A DNA stretch of 64,000 nucleotides from a virus (IMGVR_UViG_3300026518_000007:4253-68252); one strand, 5' to 3'; shown: positions 38,460 to 49,136, counted from the stretch's first letter. Numbers and translations: made by a program. The notes: generated by a model not told the origin, from the sequence alone.

Positions 38460-39215
38460 ATGTTAATAGTAAAATCTATACAAGAGTTAAGAGAAGTGAG
38501 TGAAAAACATAACATTACTGATAGTGAAAGTAAGTTACTAGATGTAGTTATTTTAAATACTAAATATGTAACTGGTTCTGGAAATATCGTAACGTTGAAG
38601 GATGCTATCGAATTTGTAGATGATGAAAAGCTACCTATAGTTAAGGAGAGCCTACGTAAAGATGTTTATGATTATTATAATGCGCAGCTTACTAATTATA
38701 TTAACTTTAAGTTAATTAATGCTGTTTGTGATATTGCGACTAATGAAAATCATGAAATCTTCCAATATCCTATCTTTACAGAAAGTTATATGCTAGACAG
38801 AGAAGAACTCTTAGAGATGGGCGAATCAGAAACGCGTATAGCTGTGATTCTAAAAGAGATTGATTGGAAAGAGCTATATGAGCTAGCTGATAAATTAGCT
38901 AACGCAGAGGAAGCTATGGTCGAAGCACCTGGTGATAATATGGATGTTTTAACATTTGCATATCCGGTATCAGTCACAAAAACAGATAGACTTAAATTAC
39001 CTACTAATGAAAGATTAGTACAAGGTCATTTACTAACTACTAATAAACCAGAAGAGCATTTGTCTGGAACTGGTATAAAAGTAGGTAATCTAAAAGATGT
39101 TATAATGTTTATAGGTGACGATACTTATATCATCAGACATAACTTCTTAAAAATGGCTACTATCCGTAAGAGTAATCTTATAGAGTGTTTTGCGCAAAAT
39201 ATTCATAAATACTAA
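38460..39215 (+). CDS. hypothetical protein
   Basis: AAGGA RBS, co-transcribed. Confidence 0.75.
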   Translation: MLIVKSIQELREVSEKHNITDSESKLLDVVILNTKYVTGSGNIVTLKDAIEFVDDEKLPIVKESLRKDVYDYYNAQLTNYINFKLINAVCDIATNENHEIFQYPIFTESYMLDREELLEMGESETRIAVILKEIDWKELYELADKLANAEEAMVEAPGDNMDVLTFAYPVSVTKTDRLKLPTNERLVQGHLLTTNKPEEHLSGTGIKVGNLKDVIMFIGDDTYIIRHNFLKMATIRKSNLIECFAQNIHKY

Positions 39216-39223
39216 AATACATA

Positions 39224-39270
39224 CATATGTGTCTATTAAGACACATATGATGTTTAGTTTTATTTTTTCT
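39224..39270. terminator. bidirectional hairpin
   Basis: CATATGTGTC-tattaa-GACACATATG. Confidence 0.7.
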
Positions 39271-40708
39271 TTTTAGGCATTTTTTTAACTATTTTATTAG
39301 CATATAAAGATGCTGAAAAGATATAGTCATCATCATTAGTATTAACTATAGTAAAATACTCTATAAGTGGTCCTCTATCTTTTATTACAAGAATTACTTT
39401 AGGAGTTTTACTCTCAAATCTTTTTAATGTATTTCTAGGAGGTAAATCACTATTCATATGTATCTTAAGTTTAAACGTATCTGCTTTATATTCTATTTTA
39501 ACTTTATCGTTTATTAACTCAGGCTGTATTATACATTTACCTTTAGCATTACTAGTATAAATCATATCTGTTATATCTATATACTCTATCTTTTCTTTTT
39601 CTGTACCATTTACGTAATCAGCTAACTCTTCCTCGAACCCTAGCATATTCTCCATAAGCATGGCTGATAAACCAGGTGGATTTAACTCTCTAGCTACTTC
39701 TATATTATTAATAGTCATGAGACTTAAAAAAGGTCTTTTAATAATGCGTAAGAAATCTTTACCATATTTAAAATAATCTCTTAATATATCTTTACTTAAA
39801 AGATTACGCAAGTTAATGACATATGGTACATGATGTGTGCCTAAAGTATCTCTAATAATTTTAAGTATATCATTAATTAACTCATCGCCTTCGCGTAGGT
39901 TAACTAAAGTATATGTTATATAATTTATATGTTTACCAAAATCAGATAACTCTTTATAGTTAACCCCATAATAAACTTTATTTTTACTTTGGTTTTCTGG
40001 AAAGAAATTAAATAATTGTTTAAAATAAAATGTATCTACATCTATCTTAACGTCACTCCAATATTTATCATCGAAGTGCATAACTTTCTCTTGTTTAATA
40101 TCTGTTACGGTAACATCTTTATTTCTAAAAATACCCATAGTAGCTAATGCATCAGCTTTATTATTACCTACATTAACATCATGCGCTAGAACTTTATCTA
40201 TTTTAATATTAAAAGCATGTTTAAAAGCATTTACTATTTCAGCTAGTCTTATAACTAAATCTTTATTAATAGTCACTTCATTAATACTTAAAGTATCATT
40301 AAGTATCTTGTTAACATAATTGATACTATATGTACTATCTGATAATATAAGAATATCTTCTATTTCAGCATCATGTTTATCAGCTACCTCAGTAGCTTTT
40401 TCTAATGCAGTTATAATAGCTTGTAGCTCAGCCATGTTGTTAGTATTTAATCTTTTATCAAACCCTATGATATCAGTATAGCCTTTAGCTACCATCAACT
40501 TTAAATCCTGATTAGCTTTATATTCAGTCTTAGTTTTATAACCCATATCTGTTATATGATTATTACCTAAAACTAATTTAGGTTTACCTTTATTAGTAAG
40601 TATACAAAAATGTATACCATAGCCACTGCTACCTGGATTTGGTCTAGCTCCGCCGTCTGTATATATTACTAATTTATTATACTCTTTTTCTTCTATCTCT
40701 TTACTCAT
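39260..40708 (-). CDS. rnhA: ribonuclease HI with C-terminal extension (phiKZ gp155-like)
   Basis: IYTDGG, TNNMAEL, SDSTY, KVLAH, GNNKADALA. Confidence 0.88.
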   Translation of the reverse strand: MSKEIEEKEYNKLVIYTDGGARPNPGSSGYGIHFCILTNKGKPKLVLGNNHITDMGYKTKTEYKANQDLKLMVAKGYTDIIGFDKRLNTNNMAELQAIITALEKATEVADKHDAEIEDILILSDSTYSINYVNKILNDTLSINEVTINKDLVIRLAEIVNAFKHAFNIKIDKVLAHDVNVGNNKADALATMGIFRNKDVTVTDIKQEKVMHFDDKYWSDVKIDVDTFYFKQLFNFFPENQSKNKVYYGVNYKELSDFGKHINYITYTLVNLREGDELINDILKIIRDTLGTHHVPYVINLRNLLSKDILRDYFKYGKDFLRIIKRPFLSLMTINNIEVARELNPPGLSAMLMENMLGFEEELADYVNGTEKEKIEYIDITDMIYTSNAKGKCIIQPELINDKVKIEYKADTFKLKIHMNSDLPPRNTLKRFESKTPKVILVIKDRGPLIEYFTIVNTNDDDYIFSASLYANKIVKKMPKKKK

Positions 40709-40772
40709 AATTTAAGCCTTTATATTTCATCTTTTTCATTAGATGAGTATAACACCAAAAAGGATATAACGT

Positions 40773-41381
40773 ATGGATTACATAATACCACCTATAAATT
40801 TAGTAGGACAATTTAAATTAAAGCAACCATTAACACCTATACTAAATGATAACGTAACATATACCGTAACTAATATACAAACAATACCTAATCTATTAAA
40901 CGATGATATAGATGTAGAGCAGTTAATATATTTAGACCAAGGATTAACTAGTGACGATTATAATAACGCATTAATTAATAATATACCTATTATAACCTTA
41001 ACTACTGAAGGTGATAGTGTTTTTAACATACCTAGTGATTATATAGAAAATATACCACAAGTAGTAGGTAAAGTATTTATAAATAAAGCTTTACTTGTTA
41101 ACTTAGATTATTTACCAGATGATATAAATGTAGATTTTATTAAAGATGAAGTAAATGATTTAATAGCCACACTAATAGGTATAACTCCTACTTCTGAAAT
41201 AGAAGAGATATCTGGTAAATATATAGCTAGTTATGAGGAAGCAGATGTATTCGAAGCTAAACGCTTAGCTAATATTAGAAATAATAAAACATGTAGGAGT
41301 ATGCTAAAAGAAATTACTAAAACACTACAGGAATATAAAGATAAGAATAAATTACTTATACGTAAAATTGAGAATATCTAG
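40773..41381 (+). CDS. virion structural protein (phiKZ gp157-like)
   Basis: PPIN..GQFKL..P, IY...GL, IP..YI..P and LP pattern; next to RNase H as in phiKZ. Confidence 0.65.
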   Translation: MDYIIPPINLVGQFKLKQPLTPILNDNVTYTVTNIQTIPNLLNDDIDVEQLIYLDQGLTSDDYNNALINNIPIITLTTEGDSVFNIPSDYIENIPQVVGKVFINKALLVNLDYLPDDINVDFIKDEVNDLIATLIGITPTSEIEEISGKYIASYEEADVFEAKRLANIRNNKTCRSMLKEITKTLQEYKDKNKLLIRKIENI

Positions 41382-41417
41382 TAGTTGGTTTAAACCAACT
41401 ACTAGTATGCTTTTTTT
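41378..41417 (+). terminator. 28-bp perfect palindrome
   Basis: CTAGTAGTTGGTTT/AAACCAACTACTAG, then TATGC and T7. Confidence 0.8.
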
Positions 41418-41457
41418 CTAACTAATATATTATATTAACTCTATTTCTTTTTGTGCG

Positions 41458-41472
41458 TATATTACTAATATG
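41458..41472 (+). promoter_or_regulatory. early promoter motif
   Basis: TATATTACTAATATG (contains the exact phiKZ early TATATTAC). Confidence 0.7.
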
Positions 41473-41512
41473 ATATCGAGTTACGTAACATATAATATTA
41501 AAAGGAGCATGT

Positions 41513-42589
41513 ATGATGATGAACCCCATGATGTCTTTTCCAGGCATATATGAACTTAAACAAATACACGGAGAATATACATTAAATTATGTATCGTTTA
41601 AATTTAAAGAGCCAGAAAAGCTATATGGCAAATTACCTAAGTATATTAATTTCTACTGGAATGCATTCGTAAGAAGAAAATTTAATAGCGGGGTAATATT
41701 AACGGGCCAAGCAGGAGCTGGTAAATCTGAGATGGCTAAAATTTTATCTAACTTATGTGTAGAGAAAAATGCCATGAAAGTTATTTTACTATCTAATATA
41801 CAATTCAATCAGAAACTTATAACATATCTAGACTTAATGGATAATGTAGTATTTTTCTTCGATGAGTTCGGTAAATCATTTAATACTAGTCAACAGGATA
41901 AAATGCTGACTATGCTTTCTAATACTTTAGGAATGAATAGGATAGTTATAATAACAGAGAACCATAAAAATAGGATATCTCCGTTTATACTTAATAGACC
42001 AGGTAGGATAACTTATGCTTTACATTTTGGTAAGTTAGACGTAGAGACTATTACCGAGTACTGTGAGGAATTTAAAGTACTTAGTGATTTCTACGATGAT
42101 TTACTAGACGCTTATAGGGGGTTAGTAACTTTTACAATAGACCACCTTAAAGCTATAGTAGAAGAACATATATCGAATAGGGATATGAAATTAAAAGAGT
42201 TATTAGAATTGCTTAATTTAGATTTTATATCTGGTAATGATATACTTAAATTATATAAGTTAGAAGAGATAGGCGATGAGGATGAAGTTAAAATAGAGTT
42301 CGATTTCACTAAACTTAGAATATACCCTAATGAGATACTTATGAGTCATTTAGAACTACCTAGATTTACCATAAATTTAGATGGTTTTGTTATAGACCCT
42401 ACTATAGAAATGAAGGAAGAAGATAATGAAGCTAAACCAAGTACGCCTTTTGGTAATAGTCAAATACGAAAAAATGAACGTAGGATTGATATTGGTTTAA
42501 ATAATAAAAATATCTTAGACTTAAATAGTGAATTCGTTGTATTTAAGAAAGATAATTATAAAATAACATTTAAAATACTTAAAGGATAA
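41513..42589 (+). CDS. AAA+ ATPase
   Basis: Walker A GQAGAGKS, Walker B FFFDE, sensor TEN, NRPGRI arginine finger. Confidence 0.88.
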   Translation: MMMNPMMSFPGIYELKQIHGEYTLNYVSFKFKEPEKLYGKLPKYINFYWNAFVRRKFNSGVILTGQAGAGKSEMAKILSNLCVEKNAMKVILLSNIQFNQKLITYLDLMDNVVFFFDEFGKSFNTSQQDKMLTMLSNTLGMNRIVIITENHKNRISPFILNRPGRITYALHFGKLDVETITEYCEEFKVLSDFYDDLLDAYRGLVTFTIDHLKAIVEEHISNRDMKLKELLELLNLDFISGNDILKLYKLEEIGDEDEVKIEFDFTKLRIYPNEILMSHLELPRFTINLDGFVIDPTIEMKEEDNEAKPSTPFGNSQIRKNERRIDIGLNNKNILDLNSEFVVFKKDNYKITFKILKG

Positions 42590-42591
42590 AT

Positions 42592-44025
42592 ATGCCAGTT
42601 ATACAGAATATAATAAGTCTAGATGATTTACACTCTAGAGTAGAGAAGAAGATAATGCTAAATGATTTAAAGTTAGAGGAGAGCGGCATCAAGGATTTAA
42701 TATACTCTACCTATGATGACGAGATATCATTGATACCCCAGTGCTCATGCGGTCATTATGCTAAAGGTTACTTATTAGACCGGATATGTCCTGTATGCGG
42801 TACGCCTGTTGTAGATATGTCATCTTCTATAGACCCTATCTTATGGGTTAGAAAGTTTGATGATGAGTTACCTTTTGTTAATCCTAAATTCTGGGTTGAT
42901 TTAACTAAACTTATTAATACTAAAGTAGACAGTCTACGTTGGCTATCAGATAGTAGTTATAATCCTCCTAAAGTACCTCCTGTTTTACATAATATAAAAG
43001 AACTTATAGGAGGTAGGGAATATATCAATGTTATTAATAATTTAGAGAAAATCATCATCTATCTTAAACATAACAGTCAGTTCAAAGCTTTTAATAAGCA
43101 GATGAAACTTGAGAAATTACATAAGTATTTCATTAAGAAGAAAGATGATATATTTTCTACTAATCTACCTCTTATTAATAAGAAACTGTTCGTAGTTGAA
43201 AATACTAATAAAGGTAATTATACTAACCTACTATTAGCAGATATCATAGATTTAGCACTACTAGCTATAACTACTAACACTGATGTCAATGCTACTAAGA
43301 AAAAGTTAGGTAGGAATACAGCTAAACTTATATCATTATCTGCTAATCTTTATGTGGATTATGTTAAGAACTTTGTTAGTAAGAAAGGAGGATTATCTAG
43401 AAAGAATATATTCGGTACTAGAGCACACTTCACATTTAGAACAGTTATCTCAACATTACGTTCTGAATTTGAATATGATACTATACATGTACCATGGGAT
43501 ATAGGACTAACTACTTTTAGACCACATGTGCTAAATAAACTTTATGCATTAGGTTATAATCATAAAGATGCTAGTGCGTTAGTGTATGAATCTACATTTA
43601 ACTATAACGAAGTTATAGATAAAATTTTACAGGAACTCATAGATGAATCTCCGTATAAAGGAATACCTGTTCTAGCTAATAGAAATCCTAGTTTGGGTGT
43701 AGGTAGTATAGTTAAAGTTTTTATAACTAGATTTAAGACTAATGTACATGACCATACTACAGGTTTTCCATTACCGCTGATGCCATCGTTAAACGCAGAT
43801 GTGGATGGAGATGAATTAAACTTTACAGTATTAACGGACAATATGCTAGCAGAGTTGGCTGAGGCATTTAACCCATTTAGAAATGTACCAGAGTTGGATA
43901 TATACAAAATAAGTGGTAACCTTAATATAGCTAAAACTTCTATATTAACACTTATGTCTTACTTGGATACTAATGAAGAAGCTGAGGATGAAGAAGACTT
44001 AGTTTATGACATGTTAACTATGTGA
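42592..44025 (+). CDS. non-virion RNA polymerase beta-prime N-terminal subunit (phiKZ gp55-like)
   Basis: Zn finger CSCG..CPVC, KKGG..RKNIFGTRAHFTFR, NRNPSL, catalytic NADVDGD. Confidence 0.9.
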   Translation: MPVIQNIISLDDLHSRVEKKIMLNDLKLEESGIKDLIYSTYDDEISLIPQCSCGHYAKGYLLDRICPVCGTPVVDMSSSIDPILWVRKFDDELPFVNPKFWVDLTKLINTKVDSLRWLSDSSYNPPKVPPVLHNIKELIGGREYINVINNLEKIIIYLKHNSQFKAFNKQMKLEKLHKYFIKKKDDIFSTNLPLINKKLFVVENTNKGNYTNLLLADIIDLALLAITTNTDVNATKKKLGRNTAKLISLSANLYVDYVKNFVSKKGGLSRKNIFGTRAHFTFRTVISTLRSEFEYDTIHVPWDIGLTTFRPHVLNKLYALGYNHKDASALVYESTFNYNEVIDKILQELIDESPYKGIPVLANRNPSLGVGSIVKVFITRFKTNVHDHTTGFPLPLMPSLNADVDGDELNFTVLTDNMLAELAEAFNPFRNVPELDIYKISGNLNIAKTSILTLMSYLDTNEEAEDEEDLVYDMLTM

Positions 44026-44070
44026 CGTATAGTACAGCCTAAGCTGTACTATATGGACATCTCTTTTTTT
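44026..44070 (+). terminator. hairpin terminator
   Basis: TATAGTACAGC-ctaa-GCTGTACTATA; T-tract at 44064-44070. Confidence 0.75.
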
Positions 44071-44103
44071 CTTTGAATAAATATAAGAAAAGGATTTTAA
44101 ATC

Positions 44104-45216
44104 ATGCTAGATAGAAAAATAGATTTGAAGATAGAGCCTGTTATTAAACAGAAAACTATGTTGCAAGAAGGTAATGAGATTATAGATGATTCTATAGAGA
44201 ATTACTATAAAGCCGTTAGTGAAAGTAATGATAAAAGTATAAGCGTTACTAGTGACACTGATACCGGTAGCGTATCCGATGATACTGAAGAGTATACTAG
44301 TTATAACGATGACTATACTACCTATACTAATGGTCAAGAAGCATTTGAGTTTATAGATAAGGCTTTTTATAAAGTAGATAAAGCTTTTGAAAAAGGTGTA
44401 TCTGGTATCATGGATTACTTTAACACTATGAATATAGCGATAGATGGACTCATAGATTATAAAACTAAAACTCCTAATATAAAAGACTTATATGTAGCTA
44501 GAACTACATTAGTGACACATATGAAGAACGGTTTTAAATTCTATAAAATAGCAGATAAGAAATCACCTGTTATGTTAGGATTAAATGTAACGTTACCAGA
44601 ACTATATAATATCGTTAATGATAACAGTTATTTTGTTAAAAGTACATTAACAGTTTTAGATAACTTTAATAGTCTACTAGATGATATCTTAGATAGTAAA
44701 GCTGATAGTATATCCGTTAATATAGATAAGAATGAATTACACTCTCTTAATAAAGCAGTTGTAGCTATGAATAAAAATTTAGATAAGGTAACTTCTAATA
44801 AAGTTTTAGTAGATAGAAAACCCGTTAAAGAGTTAGTTAAAAATCTTAATGAATTAAATACATTAACTAAAAATAACTTACACTTAGGTAGTAATTATAG
44901 AATGGAAGATTTAGAAGATATATACAGCATGAATGAAACTATCTTAGTTAAATTAAAAGCTATATATGATAGTATTAATAAAAACAAAGGAGCTATGGAT
45001 AGAGCTACTCTTAATATGTTTTCTGATTATATAAGTAATGTAGCTAAATACATAACTGCAGTCGCTTATAGTAACTATGTATATTACCAGTTAATAAATA
45101 TGAACATAGCCGTTATTAAAATAATGGATATAACTAAAGAAGACCATACTGTTATAGATACTTTAGCATATGGTATACGTGATGGCTATAATGTAATCAA
45201 AGATATTTTTAAATAA
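44104..45216 (+). CDS. probable internal head protein with acidic propeptide
   Basis: Acidic N-term ending in G-Q-E-A-F-E (S/A/G-X-E protease-type sites), helical body, KSPVMLGL. Confidence 0.55.
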   Translation: MLDRKIDLKIEPVIKQKTMLQEGNEIIDDSIENYYKAVSESNDKSISVTSDTDTGSVSDDTEEYTSYNDDYTTYTNGQEAFEFIDKAFYKVDKAFEKGVSGIMDYFNTMNIAIDGLIDYKTKTPNIKDLYVARTTLVTHMKNGFKFYKIADKKSPVMLGLNVTLPELYNIVNDNSYFVKSTLTVLDNFNSLLDDILDSKADSISVNIDKNELHSLNKAVVAMNKNLDKVTSNKVLVDRKPVKELVKNLNELNTLTKNNLHLGSNYRMEDLEDIYSMNETILVKLKAIYDSINKNKGAMDRATLNMFSDYISNVAKYITAVAYSNYVYYQLINMNIAVIKIMDITKEDHTVIDTLAYGIRDGYNVIKDIFK

Positions 45217-45217
45217 T

Positions 45218-45245
45218 CTCTATAAGGTCATAAGACCTTATAGAG
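45218..45245. terminator. bidirectional hairpin
   Basis: CTCTATAAGGTC-ataa-GACCTTATAGAG. Confidence 0.75.
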
Positions 45246-45251
45246 TTATCT

Positions 45252-47417
45252 TTATTTTTTAAATATTATTTTCTTCATAAGTGTTTTAATAAGGTTCTCT
45301 TTACTATCATCATTTAGATTAACATTTAACTCTTTAACCATATCTATATTTATAAATGATGTTAATCCTTCTTCTATCTCTTCCTCTATCTCCTCTATGA
45401 TTTCATCTTCTACATTCTCCTCTAACTCTAACGGTATAACTTGTTCAGGTATATCTATAGATTTTTCATTACCTGTTATATCGACTACGTTCATCTGGCT
45501 AGTATTTACTATGTATAAATCTCTCTCTGTTATATTAAACTTATTACCTGTATCTAATTTAACCATGAAAACAACAACATCCTCATCATTACCTATACGC
45601 CATGCTCTAGCTATAGCTTGTTCTAAAAGATAACTTCTTAATGCAGTATCTATTAAAATAACTACATTAGCACTAGTTAAAGGGACACCGGTACTTAAAG
45701 ATTTATAAGTAGCTACTATAGGGTTAGAGGGGCTATCTAAATTATTAAAGTCTTTAACGGTATTAGTTAAATCTTTAGTATTATCACCATAAACTCCAAC
45801 TGGTTGATAACCTTCTTTAATAGTGCGTTCTATAACTGTTTTACAGACTGATACATAGTTACTAAATATAAGACCTTTCTTATTAGTTAAACTTAATAAG
45901 TTTTTATAGGATAGCTCTTTAGCTAATGCGTTATAACATTCTATCCTAGAGCCTAATAGTATTTTACCTAATGCTTCTCCTAAAACTTTAAGCTCTGGAT
46001 ATTTTATAATAGATTTAACATTATTAAAAGCTTTAGTATCACCACTACTTAAATATTTAGTTATGATGTTTTTTTCCATTAACGTAGTCTCTGTTAATAT
46101 ATCCTGTATCATATATAGTTTTTTAGATTTACTATGTTGTTGTATTACTTTTATATTAGATTTATAATCTCTTATAATATTATTAATATCCCTATGTTTA
46201 TATCCTTTATTAAGCATATTCATTTTCATATTCTGTAACAATGTTTCGAATTGACTTTCATATAGGTCATAAGAGTCCCATATCTCCATCATACGCTTAT
46301 TTTTATAATCTTCCATACGTTTACGTATATTAGCTATAGTGAACCTCTCAGCGTCCTCTATGCGTAATTTATATTCACTTATAGTAATATTAGGCATATT
46401 AGATTTATCTTTAACTATTCTCTCTTTATATAAACCAAATCTATAATGTAACATATCTTTTTTAATAGGAGTTAATCTTCTATAAAAATCATCAAATCTA
46501 TCTACCACTGGAGGGAACTTATCATCTAGTATATATAACATAGGTTTAAGTTCTGTTAAACTCATTTTTATAGGCGTACCTGTTAATAAAACTATATCCT
46601 CTAATCTCATGTATGTGACTAACTCTAAAAGCTTTTGTGTCCTCATAGACGTTATCTCGTTAAAGTTATGGAACTCATCTATGATTAACATAGGTTTCAG
46701 TTTTTTCAATCTCCTCATAAGCTTCTTATCTTCTAATATTTTACTTATATACTCATAATGCGTCACAATGAATTTTTCACCATGATATACATCATTCTTA
46801 GCATCCAGCTTGATAACGCTCTGAGGGCTCTTAAATAGACTCTCAGTAACACTTTTAACCCATACCTCATCTAACGTAGCTTTAGGAGCTAATATAATAA
46901 AATAGTTATACTCTAAAGCTTCCCCTAAACTTAAACTCATATAGGTCTTACCAACGCCAGCTTCAGCATCTAATAAATATCCTCTTAAATTACCCATACG
47001 TTTAACTTCTTCATATTTCTTATAACTCAACATCTGATGTTCTAATGGACTATATTTCATATATCTTATTATATTACCCTTATTAAGAACTTCCATACTA
47101 GTATTACTATATCTATCACTAACCCAACTTCTCTTTCTTATAAAACCTAATAAATCATTTATAAAAGGACCACCTAACAACATCCCTAAGTCAGGTCTAC
47201 TATCTTTTAATTCTCTTAATAAAAATTCTAACTCTAATAAGAAGAATTCGTATATATCAAAACTACTCTTATTTACTTTAACCATTATAACATTACAACT
47301 ACTCTTACCTATTAGTTTACTTATAACGTTAAACAGTTCTAAGCTTTTATTAGTTAGTATAGTATATCTTTTAGTTCTACTGCCATAACTGTATTTAATA
47401 CTTCTATATTTATCCAT
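45252..47417 (-). CDS. SNF2-like SF2 helicase
   Basis: LLDAEAGVGKT, IIDEFHN, LLTGTP, STGVPL, QAIARAWRIG. Confidence 0.88.
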   Translation of the reverse strand: MDKYRSIKYSYGSRTKRYTILTNKSLELFNVISKLIGKSSCNVIMVKVNKSSFDIYEFFLLELEFLLRELKDSRPDLGMLLGGPFINDLLGFIRKRSWVSDRYSNTSMEVLNKGNIIRYMKYSPLEHQMLSYKKYEEVKRMGNLRGYLLDAEAGVGKTYMSLSLGEALEYNYFIILAPKATLDEVWVKSVTESLFKSPQSVIKLDAKNDVYHGEKFIVTHYEYISKILEDKKLMRRLKKLKPMLIIDEFHNFNEITSMRTQKLLELVTYMRLEDIVLLTGTPIKMSLTELKPMLYILDDKFPPVVDRFDDFYRRLTPIKKDMLHYRFGLYKERIVKDKSNMPNITISEYKLRIEDAERFTIANIRKRMEDYKNKRMMEIWDSYDLYESQFETLLQNMKMNMLNKGYKHRDINNIIRDYKSNIKVIQQHSKSKKLYMIQDILTETTLMEKNIITKYLSSGDTKAFNNVKSIIKYPELKVLGEALGKILLGSRIECYNALAKELSYKNLLSLTNKKGLIFSNYVSVCKTVIERTIKEGYQPVGVYGDNTKDLTNTVKDFNNLDSPSNPIVATYKSLSTGVPLTSANVVILIDTALRSYLLEQAIARAWRIGNDEDVVVFMVKLDTGNKFNITERDLYIVNTSQMNVVDITGNEKSIDIPEQVIPLELEENVEDEIIEEIEEEIEEGLTSFINIDMVKELNVNLNDDSKENLIKTLMKKIIFKK

Positions 47418-47489
47418 AAGTTCATATCCTTTAATATTATATTCAGTATATCATCTTTCTCTTATAAGATATGTATATACTAGAAAGAA

Positions 47490-47850
47490 AGAGAAGCAGA
47501 TAGCCAAGCAGCTTCCGCCGCCTGACCATCGCTGAAAAAAAAATTTCCTTTAAAACACTATTCTTCTATTAGACTACCGTCAATCTTCTTAACGTTTTTG
47601 TAAAATTAAAATTTAAAATTAAAAAATAAATCTATAAAAATAAATCTTAAAAAATTAAAAAAAAAATAGTTGACTTAAAAATTTTAATTTTTAAAGTCAT
47701 CCTCAATATATATATAATATAAAGAGGAGGCTTCGCCTCCTATACAGGTTTCTAATATTCCTTCACTTACGCTCGTTCCGTTGGCTCGCTTCAGTTCATC
47801 CATATATAGGGTGCCCCAATGAAAAGGTCATTGGTCCTGTATACCCGAAA
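47490..47850. other. long structured intergenic element (origin- or packaging-like)
   Basis: A-tracts at 47610-47700; AGGAGGC-GAA-GCCTCCT hairpin (minus strand); TATACAGG/CCTGTATA and CCAATGA/TCATTGG stems. Confidence 0.45.
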
Positions 47851-47969
47851 TATATATTAACTGTTAATAAACTATTTATATACTATTTCATATAATAGGT
47901 TAATATAATAATAATAACAATAATAAGATAGTAATAGATAATAAGTAGATGTTAATAGATTAAGGTTAA

Positions 47970-49136
47970 ATGTTTTTTTTTAATTTAAAAAATAATAAGA
48001 AGAAAGTTAGAATAACAATCAGCTATAGTACAGATGATGTATTGAATAATATATTAAAGGAGATAACAATAATGTTACAGTTATTCCATTTAACAGATAC
48101 TGAAGATATTAGAGTTAAATATAAGTATCCACATTATGATAGAATAGAACATTATCTAAATACATATCTATACGCTATAAGAGATTATTATAGTAGTAAT
48201 GGTTTATATGTTAAAAGACCTAATGTTTTAGTTACACTTATAGAGAGTTTAGATGTCGATATGAATATAGATATATTAGAACTATATAACATATTAGATA
48301 GTGATGGATATTACATATGTAACCAGTTAGGAATAACTACTAACAATAATAATAGTAAACCATTTGAAAATACTATACTAGATGATGTTAATGAATATCT
48401 ATATTATACTAGAGAGAGTTTTGATATATATGAAACAGATTATAGAAAGATAGTAGGTTGTTATATGTTACATACTTCTATAAGTGATATATTAATAACA
48501 CATCCTAAAAGATATGACCATGGTAACTTCATGGATATAGGTATATATGCTATAGACCCAGTTAAGTTAGGTATACAGTTCAGGCTTTGGTATAAGGAGC
48601 AGTTAGAAGAGGATAAGGATGTTGATGCTGCTAGATTCGTATATGAGGTAGTATTGGTTAATATCATACCTAGTATAATAGAGAAAACGTCTATAAGTAG
48701 ATATATGAATATAAGAGATGATGTATATGTTAGTAAATATTATAATTACAATCCTTTTACATTACCAGATATAGGTAAGCATATAGATGAGATGTTGAAG
48801 TGGTTTATGGATAATTTTAAAAAGCATAATAGGATAACTTATAAAGAGTATCTTAAAACTATCATAGCTCCTACTGGAGAGGATTTCTTAAGTATAGAAC
48901 AATTACCTAACGATAGGGTTAATAGAAAGAATGCTTGGCTTATATGGCTATCTAGAATAGATATAATCATACACCTATTAAAATATATAGATGAGAAGAT
49001 GAATAAGGATGTTATAAATGAAATAAGATATGCGCTTAAGTTGGCCAACCGAAACAAATATTTTGAAGTAGACTATTTTTTAACTAAAGAAATACTAGAT
49101 GAGAAAATAGATAAACTAAATGAAATATTAAAATAG
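47970..49136 (+). CDS. conserved phiKZ-like protein (gp42-like)
   Basis: DYY...G.YV..PNVLV.L, PFTLPD, WLSR pattern recalled from core Chimalliviridae genes; start uncertain. Confidence 0.6.
   Translation: MFFFNLKNNKKKVRITISYSTDDVLNNILKEITIMLQLFHLTDTEDIRVKYKYPHYDRIEHYLNTYLYAIRDYYSSNGLYVKRPNVLVTLIESLDVDMNIDILELYNILDSDGYYICNQLGITTNNNNSKPFENTILDDVNEYLYYTRESFDIYETDYRKIVGCYMLHTSISDILITHPKRYDHGNFMDIGIYAIDPVKLGIQFRLWYKEQLEEDKDVDAARFVYEVVLVNIIPSIIEKTSISRYMNIRDDVYVSKYYNYNPFTLPDIGKHIDEMLKWFMDNFKKHNRITYKEYLKTIIAPTGEDFLSIEQLPNDRVNRKNAWLIWLSRIDIIIHLLKYIDEKMNKDVINEIRYALKLANRNKYFEVDYFLTKEILDEKIDKLNEILK

Noticed and set aside
47741-47843. Hammerhead ribozyme on the minus strand (GAAAC next to a closing stem)
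   Set aside because: No CUGAUGA core (only CUGAAGC) and no correctly placed cleavage triplet
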